NCBI GenBank assembly: GCA_973895155.1
Contig: OZ316894.1
Coordinates: 62,001-126,000, forward strand
Direction of reading: 5' to 3'
Length of the DNA stretch: 64,000 bases
Source: Marsupella aquatica
Lineage: Eukaryota > Plantae > Marchantiophyta
Part shown: piece by piece, positions 63,155 through 64,000 of the stretch
How positions within the stretch are numbered: position 1 is the first letter of the stretch
Layout: each line of letters begins with the position of its first letter
Program-made: the position numbers and the translations under genes
The notes under the pieces: generated by a model
Told to the model about the DNA's origin: nothing
Seen by the model: only the letters and a program-made list of their open reading frames with translations
The model's database searches: none

Positions 63155-64000
63155 ACACTAGACAAGAAGATGAAGATGATGAGTATTATCCAGAGGAAAT
63201 GGATGAGGATGGGGGTTATAAAGATGAATACATTGCAGAGCAGCCCAAAAAGAAACAGGTAAATAGTTTTCCCGACAAGGTACTGAGTTAAACTCTATTC
63301 TTTAGAGGTTCATGACTCCTTTACACATATGTACAATGCTTAGTGTCGCGTCCCTAACCTGGGCCTTAAATCCAGTTTAGTGCCATGGCGCGACCTCGAC
63401 CACCAGTAGGGGTGAGGGTTCGGGCAAGGAGGTGTGTAGTGACCCCGATTAGCCCTCAGTCGGTCTAAGTCGGTATACTTACTGGTATAATACTTAAGCA
63501 ATTTGTACTAGTCATAGGTATCTTTTCTTTTCCACCGCTGGAATCTTCCCTCAGTTAGTGACTCGGACTAACTCCCGGCTTGGGGCTTTTCAAGCCATCG
63601 ACGCGACAGGACCTTGTGACATACAATGGGTGGCAATCCCTACCATTAGTCCGCACCCAGTACGTCCCTTAAAATGGCGCCTTTGCCCAGACAAAGCATA
63701 CACACAACACCAGTTGCTTGCGGAAACATTAGAGGGAAAAGACTATATTTACTCAGCGAAGCATCAGTTTACATGGTTGACTCGACTTCAAAGGGGGTCA
63801 GCAGGCCCAACGGTAGTCGATGCCCAGTCTCTACGAGGCCCCGCCTCGCACTTGCCCAGCAAGCTCGACTCTGGCTCTCACTCCTTGGTGCGCTCTGACC
63901 CTGCTCAGGCCGGGACTCCCCGTGCCTCACCTTTCTTCTCTTGAGATAACTAAGTCTTCTCCCCCCTCCATAGCGGAAGGGGAAGCCTAAATACTACAGT

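Noticed and set aside
63344-64000. Possible start of a gypsy LTR (TGTCGCGTCCC...)
   Set aside because: Only a TG start and a compositional change; no partner LTR, PBS or TSD in the window.

Overview
This is eukaryotic, repeat-rich plant nuclear DNA. It is most likely from a moss or other bryophyte, judged from the PLS-DYW PPR repeat style, spliceosomal GT-AG introns and TTTAGGG repeats. From left to right: (1) a minus-strand ORF missed by the ORF track, with two C2H2 fingers and a DUF3505/OrsD-like Cys/His module, running off the left edge; (2) a complete, very recent Ty1/copia element of Bianca type (170-bp LTRs that read as identical, CAAAC TSD) with one in-frame stop inside an unusual RT insertion; (3) a decayed GNOM ARF-GEF C-terminal fragment directly behind (4) a 6-exon chimeric gene joining a mobile-element-like N-terminal domain, about 10 x 63-aa coiled-coil repeats and a RAD5/RAD16-like SNF2 ATPase with a RING finger; (5) several tandem arrays and a Helitron-like repeat family; (6) a 1.4-kb MULE with a 9-bp TSD; (7) a 23-repeat PLS-E-DYW RNA-editing factor with an inverted, PPR-less E-DYW paralogue about 10 kb away; (8) Ty3/gypsy gag-protease and pol fragments. 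All family assignments come from motif recognition by eye; no database searches were run.
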